Positions 19,415 to 29,690 of a stretch of 64,000 bases of DNA are shown here, in pieces. The position numbers and the translations under genes are program-made. Below the pieces are notes generated by a model. That model was not told where the DNA came from, searched no databases, and saw only the letters and a list, made by a program, of their open reading frames with translations. This DNA is from Gemmatimonadales bacterium (lineage in GTDB: Bacteria > Gemmatimonadota > Gemmatimonadetes > Gemmatimonadales > GWC2-71-9): positions 96,001 through 160,000 of the forward strand of contig JBFJCP010000003.1 in NCBI GenBank assembly GCA_041615815.1, in the 5' to 3' direction. The stretch's first letter is position 1, and every line of letters begins with the position of its first letter.

Positions 19415-21412
19415 ATGCACGACCTCTCGTTCCTCCGTGACCTCATCATCGTCGTCGCCGCGGCCATTCCGGTGGTGGCGCTGGCGCAGCGATTTCGCAT
19501 TCCGACCCTTGTCGGCTTCCTGCTCACCGGCATGGTCATCGGACCGCATGCTCTCGGTCTGATTCGGGATGCGGAGGAGGTCACGGGCCTGGCCGAGCTC
19601 GGCGTGATCCTGCTCCTGTTTACGATCGGGCTCGAGCTATCCCTGTCCCGGATCATCCGGCTCGGTCGCTTCCTGGTCCAGGGAGGGGGGCTTCAGGTGG
19701 GAATCACGATGGCCGCTGTCCTGCTCCTGGGACTCGCCTTCGGCGTGCCGTGGCGACAGGCCGTCTTCTTTGGTGCGCTCGTGGCGCTCTCGTCCACGGC
19801 CGTCGTCCTCAAGGTCTACAAAGACCGGGGAGAGCTGGACACGCCCCACGGCCGAGTCGTCGTCGCCATCCTGCTGTTTCAAGATCTCTGCGTGGTTCCC
19901 ATGATGTTGCTGGTACCACTGCTGGCGGGCACGGGCGAGGGGCTCGCAGCTGCCGGTCGTGCCGTGCTCGTGAGCGTTGGGGTGGTGGGCGCGCTGGTGT
20001 TGGGGGGACGGATCGTCATTCCCTGGATTCTGGAGCGCGTGGTGGGCCTCGCGAACCGCGAGATCTTCACGTTGGGGATCGTCTTCTTCGGTCTCGGCGC
20101 GGCCTATCTGACGGCGAGCTTCGGGCTGTCGCTCGCCCTTGGGGCATTCATCGCGGGTCTCGTAATCTCGGAATCGGAGTATGGGCTCCAGGCGCTCTCG
20201 GACGTACTCCCCTTCCGAGACACCTTCACCGGCATGTTCTTCATCTCGATTGGGATGTTACTCGACCTGGGCTTTGTGGTGTCACACGCGCCGTTGGTGC
20301 TCGGCATCACGCTTGGCGTCATGTTCCTCAAGACCGTCGTTGGAAGCCTCGCCACGCGGTCACTGCGCCGGTCCGTGGAGGTGAGCGTGATCAGCGGACT
20401 CGGAATCGCTCAAGTGGGAGAGTTCTCGTTTGTGTTGGCGGGGGTCGCGGCCCCGTTTCAGCTCCTGGCACCGGATGAGTATCAGGTATTCCTGGGTGCG
20501 TCGATTCTCTCGATGCTGGCCGCCCCGTTCGTGATCGCCGGAGCCAGGATCGCGGCGTTCCAAGTGTGTCGCCTGGCACGGCTTCCGGCACTGGAGCTCC
20601 TGCCGCACGATGCCGAAGCCATCGCGCAGCTCGAGGATCACGTGATCGTGGTGGGCTACGGTGTCAACGGTCGGAATCTCGCGCGGGTGCTCAAGGCCGC
20701 CGGCATTGCCTATATCATCCTGGACCAAAACGGCCAGGCGGTCCGTCGGGCTCGCATGGAGCGGGAACCAGTCTTCTTTGGCGACGGCACGAGCCCGGAG
20801 GTCCTCCATCGCGTGGGGATCGAGCGTGCGCGCATCCTGGTCTTCGCCATCTCCGCTCCCGCCGATGAGCGCCGGGGGGTGGCCGTGGCACGACAGCTCA
20901 GTCCAGCCGTTCGGATCATCGTGCGCTCGCGCTACGTTGCCACCGTGGAAGACCTGCAGGCGCTCGGTGCCGACGAGGTGGTCCCGGAGGAGTTTGAGAC
21001 GTCCATCGAGATTTTTTCCCGTGTCCTCCGGCTCTACGGCGTGCCGTCCAACGTCATCGAGCGAGAGGTCCGCGCCGTCCGAGGCGAACACTACGAGATG
21101 CTGCGGGGGTTAGCCCTCCCCGATCTCCGGCTCGACGCCCTCAAGCATCTCGGGGTCCGCGACGCATTGGATTCCGTGCAGGTCGAAAAGGGCTCGATAG
21201 CGGTGGCGGAAAACCCCGTATCCCTGAGTTTGCGGCGGGAGACCGGAGCGATGGTGATCGCCGTCGTTCGGGACGGTGTCGCGTTCTACACTCCGGATCC
21301 GGACTTTCGCTTTCGGGAAGGGGATACCGTCGTGCTGGTGGGGGACCGGCCGGCGCTGCAGCGGGCGGCAGCGATCTTCCGCGCCGCCGTTACCGGTTCG
21401 GTGCCGAGCTAG
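19415..21412 (+). CDS. CPA2 monovalent cation:proton antiporter with RCK (TrkA-N/C) domains
   Basis: AELGVILLLFTIGLE, ALSSTAVV, LLFQDL, QVGEFSFV, VGYGVNG, C-terminal TrkA-C. Confidence 0.92.
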   Translation: MHDLSFLRDLIIVVAAAIPVVALAQRFRIPTLVGFLLTGMVIGPHALGLIRDAEEVTGLAELGVILLLFTIGLELSLSRIIRLGRFLVQGGGLQVGITMAAVLLLGLAFGVPWRQAVFFGALVALSSTAVVLKVYKDRGELDTPHGRVVVAILLFQDLCVVPMMLLVPLLAGTGEGLAAAGRAVLVSVGVVGALVLGGRIVIPWILERVVGLANREIFTLGIVFFGLGAAYLTASFGLSLALGAFIAGLVISESEYGLQALSDVLPFRDTFTGMFFISIGMLLDLGFVVSHAPLVLGITLGVMFLKTVVGSLATRSLRRSVEVSVISGLGIAQVGEFSFVLAGVAAPFQLLAPDEYQVFLGASILSMLAAPFVIAGARIAAFQVCRLARLPALELLPHDAEAIAQLEDHVIVVGYGVNGRNLARVLKAAGIAYIILDQNGQAVRRARMEREPVFFGDGTSPEVLHRVGIERARILVFAISAPADERRGVAVARQLSPAVRIIVRSRYVATVEDLQALGADEVVPEEFETSIEIFSRVLRLYGVPSNVIEREVRAVRGEHYEMLRGLALPDLRLDALKHLGVRDALDSVQVEKGSIAVAENPVSLSLRRETGAMVIAVVRDGVAFYTPDPDFRFREGDTVVLVGDRPALQRAAAIFRAAVTGSVPS

Positions 21413-22862
21413 CGCCGCTTTCGAGCGGCGGGGTGCTCTCCACGGAAAAGCCGCGGCGGGTCATCTCCCCCCAGCCCTTGCGACGACGCCACGACGAAAT
21501 CACGCCGCGGACTCGCCAATACGCCAAGAGTTGCCGAAACCCGATGTGCTCCAGCATCGCGAGCCAGAACAATCGCAGGAGATCGCTGTAGCGGGGGTAT
21601 CGTCGGAACGTCAGCTCCTCGAGCCCGACGGCCGCGATGGAGAGCGCCGTGCCGAAGATGTACGCAACCATGAAGAACGCCATGACGTACAGCGCCGATG
21701 CCATGCCGAAGAGCACGGTCAAGGCAAAGACAATGTAGCCGGTAAACTCCACCACCGGTCCAAACAGCTCGAGAAAGAAGAAGTGGGGGAACGCCATGAA
21801 ACCCACTTTGCCGAACCGCGGGTTGAACAGCATGCGGATGTGCCGTGAAAGCGACTCGGCCAACCCCCGCTGCCACCGATCCCGCTGACGTCCCAAGGGA
21901 CCAAACTTCTCGGGACACTCCGTCCACGCGACCGGATCGGGGATGAAGGTGATCCGATACGGAATGTGGTTCTCCCGACAGTGTTGGTGCAGGCGAACCA
22001 CCAGCTCCATGTCCTCACCCACGGTCCGTCCCGTGGTCTTTGCGCTGGCGAAGCCACCCGCGTCCACGACGATGGACCGGCGAAAGAGCCCGAAGGCGCC
22101 CGAGATGATCAGCGTGGCGTCCAGAGCGGACCAGCCCATTCGGCCGGCGAGGAAGGCCCGCAAGTACTCCAAGACCTGTAGGCGCGCCAGATAGTTCTTG
22201 GAGAGCCGAACGTCGGTGACGACGCCGTTGCGAACCGAGCAACCGTTGACGATGCGAATGATTCCGCCCGCGGCAACGGTGGAGCCGTCCTCCAAGAACG
22301 GTCGTATGATCCGCGTCAGAGCCTCTCGCTCGAGCAGCGTGTCGGCGTCCATGGCGCAGAAGAACGGGGTCACGCAGATATTGAGCCCCGCATTGAGGGC
22401 ATCCGACTTACCACCGTTCTCCTTGTCGACCACCCAGAGATTGGGGTACTGGCGGCTCCGATAGATCCGACGAACCACCGCGGTCTCCAACTCGGCAGTG
22501 GGAAGTCGTGCGGCGGGCTTGAGATCGAAGGCCTCCAGCATCCGGTCCACCGTAGCATCCGATGATCCGTCATTGACGAAGATGATTTCGTATTGCGGAT
22601 AGTTCAGCGCTAGCAGCGATTCGGTGGAGGGGACGCAGGTCAACTCCTCGTTGAACGCCGGGACGATGATGGTAATGGGGGGCGCACCGGCGGACGCAAT
22701 CAGCTCGCGGATGTCCAGCGACTTCAGGCGACGAGCGTACTTCTTGAGCGCCTGAAAGGCTACGAGGCTCGTGAAGAGATACACCGTATTCAGGAGCACG
22801 AAGTACGAGAGCACCACGATATTGAAGAACTCGAGGATGCCTTGCGCGATCTGTCCGATCAC
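21390..22862 (-). CDS. Processive GT2 glycosyltransferase (PgaC/IcaA-like)
   Basis: PAFNEE, NDGSSD, KENGGKSDALNAG, DADT, GEDMEL, QRDRW; TM helices at both ends. Confidence 0.9.
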   Translation of the reverse strand: MIGQIAQGILEFFNIVVLSYFVLLNTVYLFTSLVAFQALKKYARRLKSLDIRELIASAGAPPITIIVPAFNEELTCVPSTESLLALNYPQYEIIFVNDGSSDATVDRMLEAFDLKPAARLPTAELETAVVRRIYRSRQYPNLWVVDKENGGKSDALNAGLNICVTPFFCAMDADTLLEREALTRIIRPFLEDGSTVAAGGIIRIVNGCSVRNGVVTDVRLSKNYLARLQVLEYLRAFLAGRMGWSALDATLIISGAFGLFRRSIVVDAGGFASAKTTGRTVGEDMELVVRLHQHCRENHIPYRITFIPDPVAWTECPEKFGPLGRQRDRWQRGLAESLSRHIRMLFNPRFGKVGFMAFPHFFFLELFGPVVEFTGYIVFALTVLFGMASALYVMAFFMVAYIFGTALSIAAVGLEELTFRRYPRYSDLLRLFWLAMLEHIGFRQLLAYWRVRGVISSWRRRKGWGEMTRRGFSVESTPPLESGASSAPNR

Positions 22863-24004
22863 TCGTGCACCTCCCCGAGGACCTGCACCGCGACGGACGC
22901 GCGCTTGTGTCCGGATGAAGCGATCTTGCGCAACACCTCCACATCACCGGCTTCTCGCAACGCGCGCGCAGCGTTGATCGCGACCCAGTGCGATTCGTCT
23001 TCGACGGCAACCTGTCGGAGGAGCGCCATGTCAGTGGCCTCCCCGATGCTGCCGAGCGCCTGGGCGGCGGTCGCGCGTACCACAAAATCGTCGGACTCGA
23101 GGAGCCGCCGAACCAATGTCAGGTGGACATCGCCGCCCACCGTCCCCAGCAGCCGCAAACAGGAGGCGAGCAGATCGCGTCGGTGTTCGGTCTCCAGCAC
23201 CCCGGCCGCCACCGGCGCAGACTCGAGGTCGTGCAGGTGCCGGAGCGCCGTGGCGGCGATCGCCCGCACGCTTTGGTCGATGGTTCGGTTTCCCAGGGTT
23301 CGTCGCAACGCGGGGGTCACCTCGGGTCCCATCGACGACAGCATCGAGGCCAGAAAGCTCGGCCGCCAGCTCGTGAACCGATGGAGTCGAGCCAACACGG
23401 CATCGGCGTATTCCGGAGTCTCCTTCTTGGCGAGCGCTCGAGCCGCGATCATGGCCACCAGCGGCGACTTGTCGTCGAGCGCTGCCACAACCGTGTCGGC
23501 GTGATCCGGCAGCCCCAGTTCGCCAAGCGTCTGGACCGCCCGCGCGCGCCGTTCCGCATCGGCACCCCGAGCCCGTGCCGCAACCGGACCGAGAAATGGT
23601 GCGGCCACTTGCCGCAGTTTCGTCCGATCCGTGCCCCGAACGCGTCGGGCGTACCGCAGCACGAGATCCACGAAGTAGAGCTCCTCGTCCCGATCCACGA
23701 GCTGCAGAAGCTCTGGCGGCGCTAACTCCCCGGATAACACCTGCAGCAGTTTGGGTTCCCACCTGGCTTCTAATCGCTCCCATCTGGCGGCCGTGCGGAC
23801 ATTCTTGAACCGCAGTAAGATCGTGATCAACGCCAACAGCAGTGAAACAAAGAAAAGGGCGCCGATGGCGATGATCAGAAGCAAGAAAATCCGGTCTTCC
23901 ATCAGTCGCGAAAAGGGCAGCTGCAGCGCGAATGCCATCGATAGCATCACGCTGGCCGGCCTCTCGGCGACGGATCCGAAACCGGATACCGCTCCACGAG
24001 CCAC
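22859..24004 (-). CDS. Membrane-anchored HEAT-repeat protein
   Basis: N-terminal TM helix; repeats such as D.SPLVAMIAARAL and DDFVVRATAAQALG; start uncertain. Confidence 0.82.
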   Translation of the reverse strand: MARGAVSGFGSVAERPASVMLSMAFALQLPFSRLMEDRIFLLLIIAIGALFFVSLLLALITILLRFKNVRTAARWERLEARWEPKLLQVLSGELAPPELLQLVDRDEELYFVDLVLRYARRVRGTDRTKLRQVAAPFLGPVAARARGADAERRARAVQTLGELGLPDHADTVVAALDDKSPLVAMIAARALAKKETPEYADAVLARLHRFTSWRPSFLASMLSSMGPEVTPALRRTLGNRTIDQSVRAIAATALRHLHDLESAPVAAGVLETEHRRDLLASCLRLLGTVGGDVHLTLVRRLLESDDFVVRATAAQALGSIGEATDMALLRQVAVEDESHWVAINAARALREAGDVEVLRKIASSGHKRASVAVQVLGEVHE

Positions 24005-24036
24005 GAATACGCCACGCTCCGCTGATCCGCCCGCTC

Positions 24037-25554
24037 TCAGCGCACCGAGTTCCGCGCGCTTTCGACGAGCCGATGGATGCGCGCCCTGAGCTCCGCCGAT
24101 GAGAACGGCTTCGTCATGTAATCGTTCGCACCCAACTGAAATGCCCGCACGATATCTTGCTCACTCCCGAGTGACGTGAGCATGAGGACCGGCACCTCCG
24201 TGAACTCCGGACGCTCTCTGAGCCGCTGAAGGAGCTGAAAGCCATCCATCCCCGGCAGCTTCACGTCCAGGACGAAAAGCGACGCCGTGCTCAGCTCGGT
24301 GACGTTGGCCAGGAGATCGGTGCTGCTCAGGAAGTGGCGGACCTGGAAGCCCTCTCGAGCTAACCGATGCTGAATCACGTTGGCTGTGACTTGATCGTCC
24401 TCGGCCAGGACAATCATGCGCGCCTGACGGGCCGGCTCATCCTCGCTCGATATCACGCGCTCATCGCCGCCGGTGCGAGCGACGTACAGCAATCGATCAG
24501 CCTCCGTGATCACCTCGGGCAGGGGGGCTCCGCCGGCCACCGCCACCACGCCGGCCGAGAAGACGGCGCTCGGCTCGGATCCATCTCCCAACGCCCGCAG
24601 CGCCTTGTTCAACGCCAGCGTGGCACCGCGCGCGCCCGTCCCGGGAAACAGCACTACGTAGTCGTCACCACCCCACCGCGCGATCACATCCACCTCCCGC
24701 AACGACTTGCTGAGTGCCTGGGCAAACGTGCGAGCGGAGGCATCGCTCCGACCACCTTCCCCACCCCGCTCCAATCCCACGACCGCCAAGGCCATGGAAG
24801 TCTTGTTACGCGCGCTCAAGGAAGCGTGGTAATCGTACGTCTCGCTGAACGCCGCACGATTCAGGAAGTGGGTAATCGGATCGCGCCGCGGCTCGGACCG
24901 AATCTCGCCAAATCGCTGGAGCGCGCTCACGACCGCCGGTGCCAGGGCGTCGCCGTTGATGGGACGGGTCAGAAACGCGTCCGCTCCCAAGGCAAAGCAC
25001 TCTGCCCGCCCCACATCACCCGCGGGCTTCGCCAGAACAAAAATCGGGAGCCCCGCCGTATCCGGACGACGGCGTAGCTCCACCAAGAGATCCCGGCCAT
25101 CACGATCCGGCAGCACGAGATCCAACAACACGAGCCCCACTTCATGGCGGTCGAGCAGCTGTTCGGCTTGCGTTGCGGTCAGTGCGACGAGCACCTCGCG
25201 ATGCCGATCGGCGAGCGCCGCCGTGGCTGCCCGGGCCACACCTTGGTCAGCCCCGATGTACAGCACCTTCACGACGGCGGTGTCCACGACCGCCGTGACC
25301 GTTCGCAGGGTGTCGACCAAGCCTGCCGCCACGGTGCCGAGCTGGCCGTTCTCCGCTTCCAGCAGCTCGCCAGCCGCTTCGCTGATCTCAGAAAACCCGA
25401 AGCACTGACCGGAGTCCCTCAGCCCCCGAGCGATCCGGCGGAGTGAGGCTGGGGCGTCTCCATCATTGTCGCTCAGCGCCCGGAGCGCCCGATCGAGCGC
25501 CTCGATCTGGAGCGAGAGTCCCTGACAATACCAACGTCGCGCGTCATCGATCAT
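24037..25554 (-). CDS. Response regulator: Hpt-like + REC + degenerate GGDEF + REC
   Basis: LVLLDLVLPDRDG; RRDPITHFLNR...REVDVIARWGGDDY; canonical C-terminal REC (AEDD, LDVKLPGMDG, MLTS, MTKPF). Confidence 0.85.
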   Translation of the reverse strand: MIDDARRWYCQGLSLQIEALDRALRALSDNDGDAPASLRRIARGLRDSGQCFGFSEISEAAGELLEAENGQLGTVAAGLVDTLRTVTAVVDTAVVKVLYIGADQGVARAATAALADRHREVLVALTATQAEQLLDRHEVGLVLLDLVLPDRDGRDLLVELRRRPDTAGLPIFVLAKPAGDVGRAECFALGADAFLTRPINGDALAPAVVSALQRFGEIRSEPRRDPITHFLNRAAFSETYDYHASLSARNKTSMALAVVGLERGGEGGRSDASARTFAQALSKSLREVDVIARWGGDDYVVLFPGTGARGATLALNKALRALGDGSEPSAVFSAGVVAVAGGAPLPEVITEADRLLYVARTGGDERVISSEDEPARQARMIVLAEDDQVTANVIQHRLAREGFQVRHFLSSTDLLANVTELSTASLFVLDVKLPGMDGFQLLQRLRERPEFTEVPVLMLTSLGSEQDIVRAFQLGANDYMTKPFSSAELRARIHRLVESARNSVR

Positions 25555-25935
25555 AGCGATCTCGGTTGAGTACAAGTGTCGTCGATGGGCCGGAATCGGA
25601 GCGGGTGGGAGGATCCGCGTGGACCACCACCGAATGGCAAACGTCGACCCGCAGCGCGGCTCGATGGGAATGACGAGCAGGTGGGGGGACGGATCGGGGT
25701 CGCCACACGTCCCCCGGCGGCCCTCCGGACATCGCGCGGGGATGGAGGGTCACCCCGCTGTCCGCCACATCAGCCCGCCGCACGGACGAGCCCCATCGGT
25801 ACTCCCCCACGAGCGAGTTTTCCGCTGCTCTAGAGCGCGGCCCCGACGGCCCAGAGCGCGCCGCACCACCCCTTCGGCGCCCTGCTGGGACGCGGAAGCG
25901 GCGGCTGCGGACACCCCCGTGCCGGAGAGAGCCTT

Positions 25936-25962
25936 GTAACGGATTGATAGCTAACAAGTTAC
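25936..25962. promoter_or_regulatory. IHF-like binding site within an AT-rich imperfect palindrome
   Basis: TAACGGATTGATA matches YAANNNNTTGATW; flanked as GTAAC-N17-GTTAC. Confidence 0.5.
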
Positions 25963-26062
25963 GCCTTTCTGAGCAAGTCGGCTCGCAATCTGCCCAACTG
26001 CCGAATCTGCAAGGCGCTACCCAGCCATGGCGTGCCGTAGGTCACTTAATCATTAGAGGATA

Positions 26063-26225
26063 GGCGGCAGGCGCGGCAGGGGCGGGGGCCAGATGGGACG
26101 AGGGGGCACGTGCGGCAGGAAGGGACTGCACAGACCCTCATCGACGTCAGTCTCCATCTCCGCCGCATCTTGCGCACGGCTCCTGCCTCTGCTCGCACCC
26201 CGTCGCATCTGCCGCGCCTGCCGCC
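26063..26225. repeat. Long inverted repeat with 17-bp perfect arms
   Basis: GGCGGCAGGCGCGGCAG (26063-26079) is the reverse complement of 26209-26225; further imperfect pairing inside. Confidence 0.8.
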
Positions 26226-26632
26226 CTCGCTTCCCACACTCCGCGTGGCACGCATCACACAGGCGTGCGCGGCTCACGACACGATCACGTTGTGGTCTTT
26301 TCGCCAACGCTTTGGTGCAAACAAACCGCAGGCGTGCAATCGATGACCGATCGTGCGTGGAAATATAAAAAAGTTGTCCTTCTTCGTCCCACTGTGGTCG
26401 GAGATCACGTCGTCGCGATCCCGATTTCTTCTTCATGGTCAGCGCTCAACAGCCACGCGTAATCGGGGTCACCGCGCTATTCGCATGGCCAGTGTAGTTT
26501 GTCGCACGGTCGCGGAACCGGAGAAGCGATGACGCGTGACTCAGCTCACAGCACGGATGCAACAGTGCAGGCTACATGCAACATCGCGTTCGATGGACCG
26601 CAAAGAAACCCGAGCCTTCGCAGGAGGGACAC

Positions 26633-27748
26633 ATGAAGTTCCGAAACCGTTTGGTCGCGTTCGTTCCGATCGCGGCGCTCGCGCTCGCAGCGTGTAGCGA
26701 ATCCACCGGACCCGGCTCCAATGCCGAGCCGTTGGATCCCGTGAGCGCGAATCAGCAAGCGCAGAGCATCACCACGTCGCTGGAGCAGAACCCGGCATTG
26801 CCGAGTCTCGAGATGCTCGAGACCACCGCCCCCATCCTTGGCGGATCGGCGGCGGGACAGCTCTTTCTGTCTACCGCGCCGTTCAGCCCCGGAGCGAACG
26901 GCGAGGGTCTGTCCGAGCGGCTCCAGCGGTTCGCCCGAACGGCGCAGCCGTATCTGAGTTCCGCCGAGCCGGCGGTCATCATTCCGGCCGACCTCTTGGG
27001 GAAGACGTTGGTGTACAACCCCAATACGGGTGAATACGAGGTCGACGAGACCTTGACCGACGCTCCCGCCAACGGCGTCCGCGTGATGCTGTACGCGCGG
27101 GATCCCGTCTTCGAGCGTCCGATTGGTGACGCGGTGGGCTACGCCGACTTCATGGACGTGTCGACGCCGTCGGCGGATGCACTTCAAATCATCGTCGTGC
27201 TGTATGACGTGAACGGCGGCAGTCCGGTCATCGATTACACCGCGAGCGCCTCCGTCGAGGTGCTGGGTGGCGTCACGGTCGTGTTCCGGGCCGTCGGTAG
27301 CATCAACGACGGGCTGGGTCGCAGCCTCACGTTCGACCTGAATCAGAGCATCTCCGAGGAAGAGCGGATCGAGCTGGATTACGACCTTACAGCGGAAGAC
27401 AATGGTGTTACCATTCACTTCGAGGCCATGGCGGGCCCCACGCTGGATGGCGTGACCTTTTCGCTCTCGGTCTCCAACGGGTCGGAAGCTCTGGTTCTCT
27501 CGTTCACGGTGAATGAGGCGGGCATCAATGGCCTTCTCGACCTGCCCAACACCACGAACGACATCTCCATCACCGTCGTGGGTGAAGAGTGGGTCATAGA
27601 GCATACGGAAGGTGGCGAGATCACCGAGGACGAGGCACAGGCGATCCGGCAGATGTTCCAGCTGCTGGAGCGGATCGAGCATGTGGTCCGCAAGCTGATG
27701 CGGCCGGCACATCGGATTCTGAACGTGCCGTTGTTCGCAATCGACTAG
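26633..27748 (+). CDS. Lipoprotein of unknown function
   Basis: AGGAGGG RBS; MKFRNR..AALALAAC lipobox; acidic, beta-strand-rich body. Confidence 0.8.
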   Translation: MKFRNRLVAFVPIAALALAACSESTGPGSNAEPLDPVSANQQAQSITTSLEQNPALPSLEMLETTAPILGGSAAGQLFLSTAPFSPGANGEGLSERLQRFARTAQPYLSSAEPAVIIPADLLGKTLVYNPNTGEYEVDETLTDAPANGVRVMLYARDPVFERPIGDAVGYADFMDVSTPSADALQIIVVLYDVNGGSPVIDYTASASVEVLGGVTVVFRAVGSINDGLGRSLTFDLNQSISEEERIELDYDLTAEDNGVTIHFEAMAGPTLDGVTFSLSVSNGSEALVLSFTVNEAGINGLLDLPNTTNDISITVVGEEWVIEHTEGGEITEDEAQAIRQMFQLLERIEHVVRKLMRPAHRILNVPLFAID

Positions 27749-27762
27749 GCACCGCACTCCGG

Positions 27763-28578
27763 TTGCACCTCTTAGCCGGCGTCGTCGCCGCCGCCCTTGT
27801 GGCGGCGTGCGACACGCCGGCTTCGTCTTCCCATCTCCTTTTCCGTGAAGGCCGCGCGGTTGCGGCGGCTGGAGACTCGCTGCTTGCAGTAGCGCGCGCC
27901 GGCAACCGAGGCGTCCTGGTCTACAGCCGAGGCGGGGATTCCACCTTCACGTTCGGGACGGGAGAGCTGGTCAGCCCGGTTCACGTTCAAGAGATGGGCG
28001 GGCGGTGGTTTGTCTCGGATGTGGAGGGTGGACGTCCCCAGATCGTCCTGTTTTCCACCGACGGCGTCTTCGAGGAACGCATCGGCCTCGACACCCTCGC
28101 CTCGGCCGCCCACCAATTCGCCGTGCTCCCTGACCGGCGCATCGTGGTCGAACACCCCGACGGCCGGTTGCTGGCCCTGGGACCGGACTCCGTCACGACG
28201 TTCACCACCACCGAGCAGAGCGAGCGGGCGGGGCTCATGGTCGCGGCGGGGGGTGGTGTCCTCCACGCCGTGCCCGGGCGTCACCTCACCCTCTACAACG
28301 TGAACGGCAATGTCCGGTGGCGGCTCGAGTGGCCGTGGCACGACCGTGCGTTCGTGGCCGACCTCGCCGTGGACGCCCAGGGTCGCAACTACGTGATCGC
28401 CGGCGAAGAGGGCCGCAACAGCTTCGTGACCTTCACGCTCTCTCCCACGACGGGAGAGATCCTCCGCTGGTCCGTTCCAGGACCATTCACCACATTTGTC
28501 GTCGATCGGTTGGGTGAGGTTCGCCCGGACACCGTGGGCGGGTGGTGGAGTGAGAACGGAACGCGGGAAGCGCCTTAG
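27763..28578 (+). CDS. Lipoprotein, probable beta-propeller (NHL/6-bladed-like)
   Basis: LVAAC lipobox; repeated strand motifs ([25 protein letters not shown]). Confidence 0.65.
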   Translation: MHLLAGVVAAALVAACDTPASSSHLLFREGRAVAAAGDSLLAVARAGNRGVLVYSRGGDSTFTFGTGELVSPVHVQEMGGRWFVSDVEGGRPQIVLFSTDGVFEERIGLDTLASAAHQFAVLPDRRIVVEHPDGRLLALGPDSVTTFTTTEQSERAGLMVAAGGGVLHAVPGRHLTLYNVNGNVRWRLEWPWHDRAFVADLAVDAQGRNYVIAGEEGRNSFVTFTLSPTTGEILRWSVPGPFTTFVVDRLGEVRPDTVGGWWSENGTREAP

Positions 28579-29687
28579 TATTTCAGGTTCGCGGTCTGTG
28601 CGAACTCCTTCAGGAGCCGCTCCTGCTCCTGAGAAAGCTTTTCCGGAATCTTGACGTCGATCTCCACAAACTGGTCTCCGCGTTTGCCGTTTCGCTCGAT
28701 ACCCTGACCGCGAATACGGAATTTGCGTCCCGGCTGAGTCCCCGCGGGGATGCGAAGCATCACACGTTTACCGTCGACCGTACGCACGCGGATCTTCGTG
28801 CCGAGGACAGCTTGCGCGAGATTGATGGGAATCGTGCAATGGAGATCGACACCGTCACGTTTGAAGAACCGATCCGATTTCACGTTGAACGTGGCGATGA
28901 GGTCTCCGGCGGCCCCCCCACCGGGGTGACGTTGTCCTTGGCCCTTGAGTCGGACCCGATGTCCCGTGTCCGTCCCAGCGGGAACCGTGACGAGCAGCCG
29001 CTTGGGAACCGACACCTCACCCTGGCCGGCACATCTGGGACACGGCTCGCTGGGCACCCGCCCCTGTCCCCGACATGCGGGACACGGTCGATGGACGGCG
29101 AACGAGCCCTGACCAAAGCTGACCGTTCCCCGCCCGCCGCATTCAGAGCAGGTGTCTACTCGCGCACCCGGCGCTGCACCGGATCCTCCGCAAGTGGGGC
29201 AGGCTTCACTGACCGAGACCGTAATGGGGATCTTGCCCCCGAGCGCGGCCATCCGGAACGAGACGTCCACAGACATCTCGATGGGCTCCACCCCGCTGGT
29301 CTTGCGACCCTTCCCGAAAATCGACGAGAACAGGTCCCCCAAACCACCAAACCCGCCGAACCCACCACCGCCACCTCCCCCACCCCCGAAGTCGAAATCC
29401 TCGAAGCGAACGCCGCCCGGACGGCCGGTCCGCCCGCTCCACGGACCGCCCGGCCCACCGAACGCTCCGAGTTTACGCATGGTATCGTACTTCTTCCGCT
29501 TCTCAGCATCACTCAAGACCGAATTGGCCTCTGAGATCTCCTTGAAGCGCTCGGCGGCCGTCGCGTCGTTGGGGTTCGCGTCCGGATGGTACTTCTTCGC
29601 GAGACGGCGATAGGCCTTCTTGATCTCGTCGGTGGTCGCCTTCTCGCTGACGCCGAGAACCTGGTAGTAGTCCTTGACCGCCGGCAT
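28575..29687 (-). CDS. dnaJ: Chaperone DnaJ
   Basis: J-domain with HPD, G/F-rich linker, four CxxCxGxG repeats, C-terminal domain. Confidence 0.96.
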   Translation of the reverse strand: MPAVKDYYQVLGVSEKATTDEIKKAYRRLAKKYHPDANPNDATAAERFKEISEANSVLSDAEKRKKYDTMRKLGAFGGPGGPWSGRTGRPGGVRFEDFDFGGGGGGGGGFGGFGGLGDLFSSIFGKGRKTSGVEPIEMSVDVSFRMAALGGKIPITVSVSEACPTCGGSGAAPGARVDTCSECGGRGTVSFGQGSFAVHRPCPACRGQGRVPSEPCPRCAGQGEVSVPKRLLVTVPAGTDTGHRVRLKGQGQRHPGGGAAGDLIATFNVKSDRFFKRDGVDLHCTIPINLAQAVLGTKIRVRTVDGKRVMLRIPAGTQPGRKFRIRGQGIERNGKRGDQFVEIDVKIPEKLSQEQERLLKEFAQTANLKY

Positions 29688-29690
29688 CGC

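Noticed and set aside
25630..25680. c-di-GMP-I riboswitch (GGCAAAC followed by a stem)
   Set aside because: Lacks the GAAA loop and GGGACGCAAAG element, and is antisense to the regulator's leader
26015..26040. Minus-strand sigma54 promoter (CGGCACGCCATGGCT)
   Set aside because: GG-to-GC spacing is 9 rather than the required 10
25576..26630. Short ORFs in the 1 kb intergenic region
   Set aside because: Arg/Pro/Gly-rich compositions typical of non-coding GC-rich frames; no clear RBS or motifs
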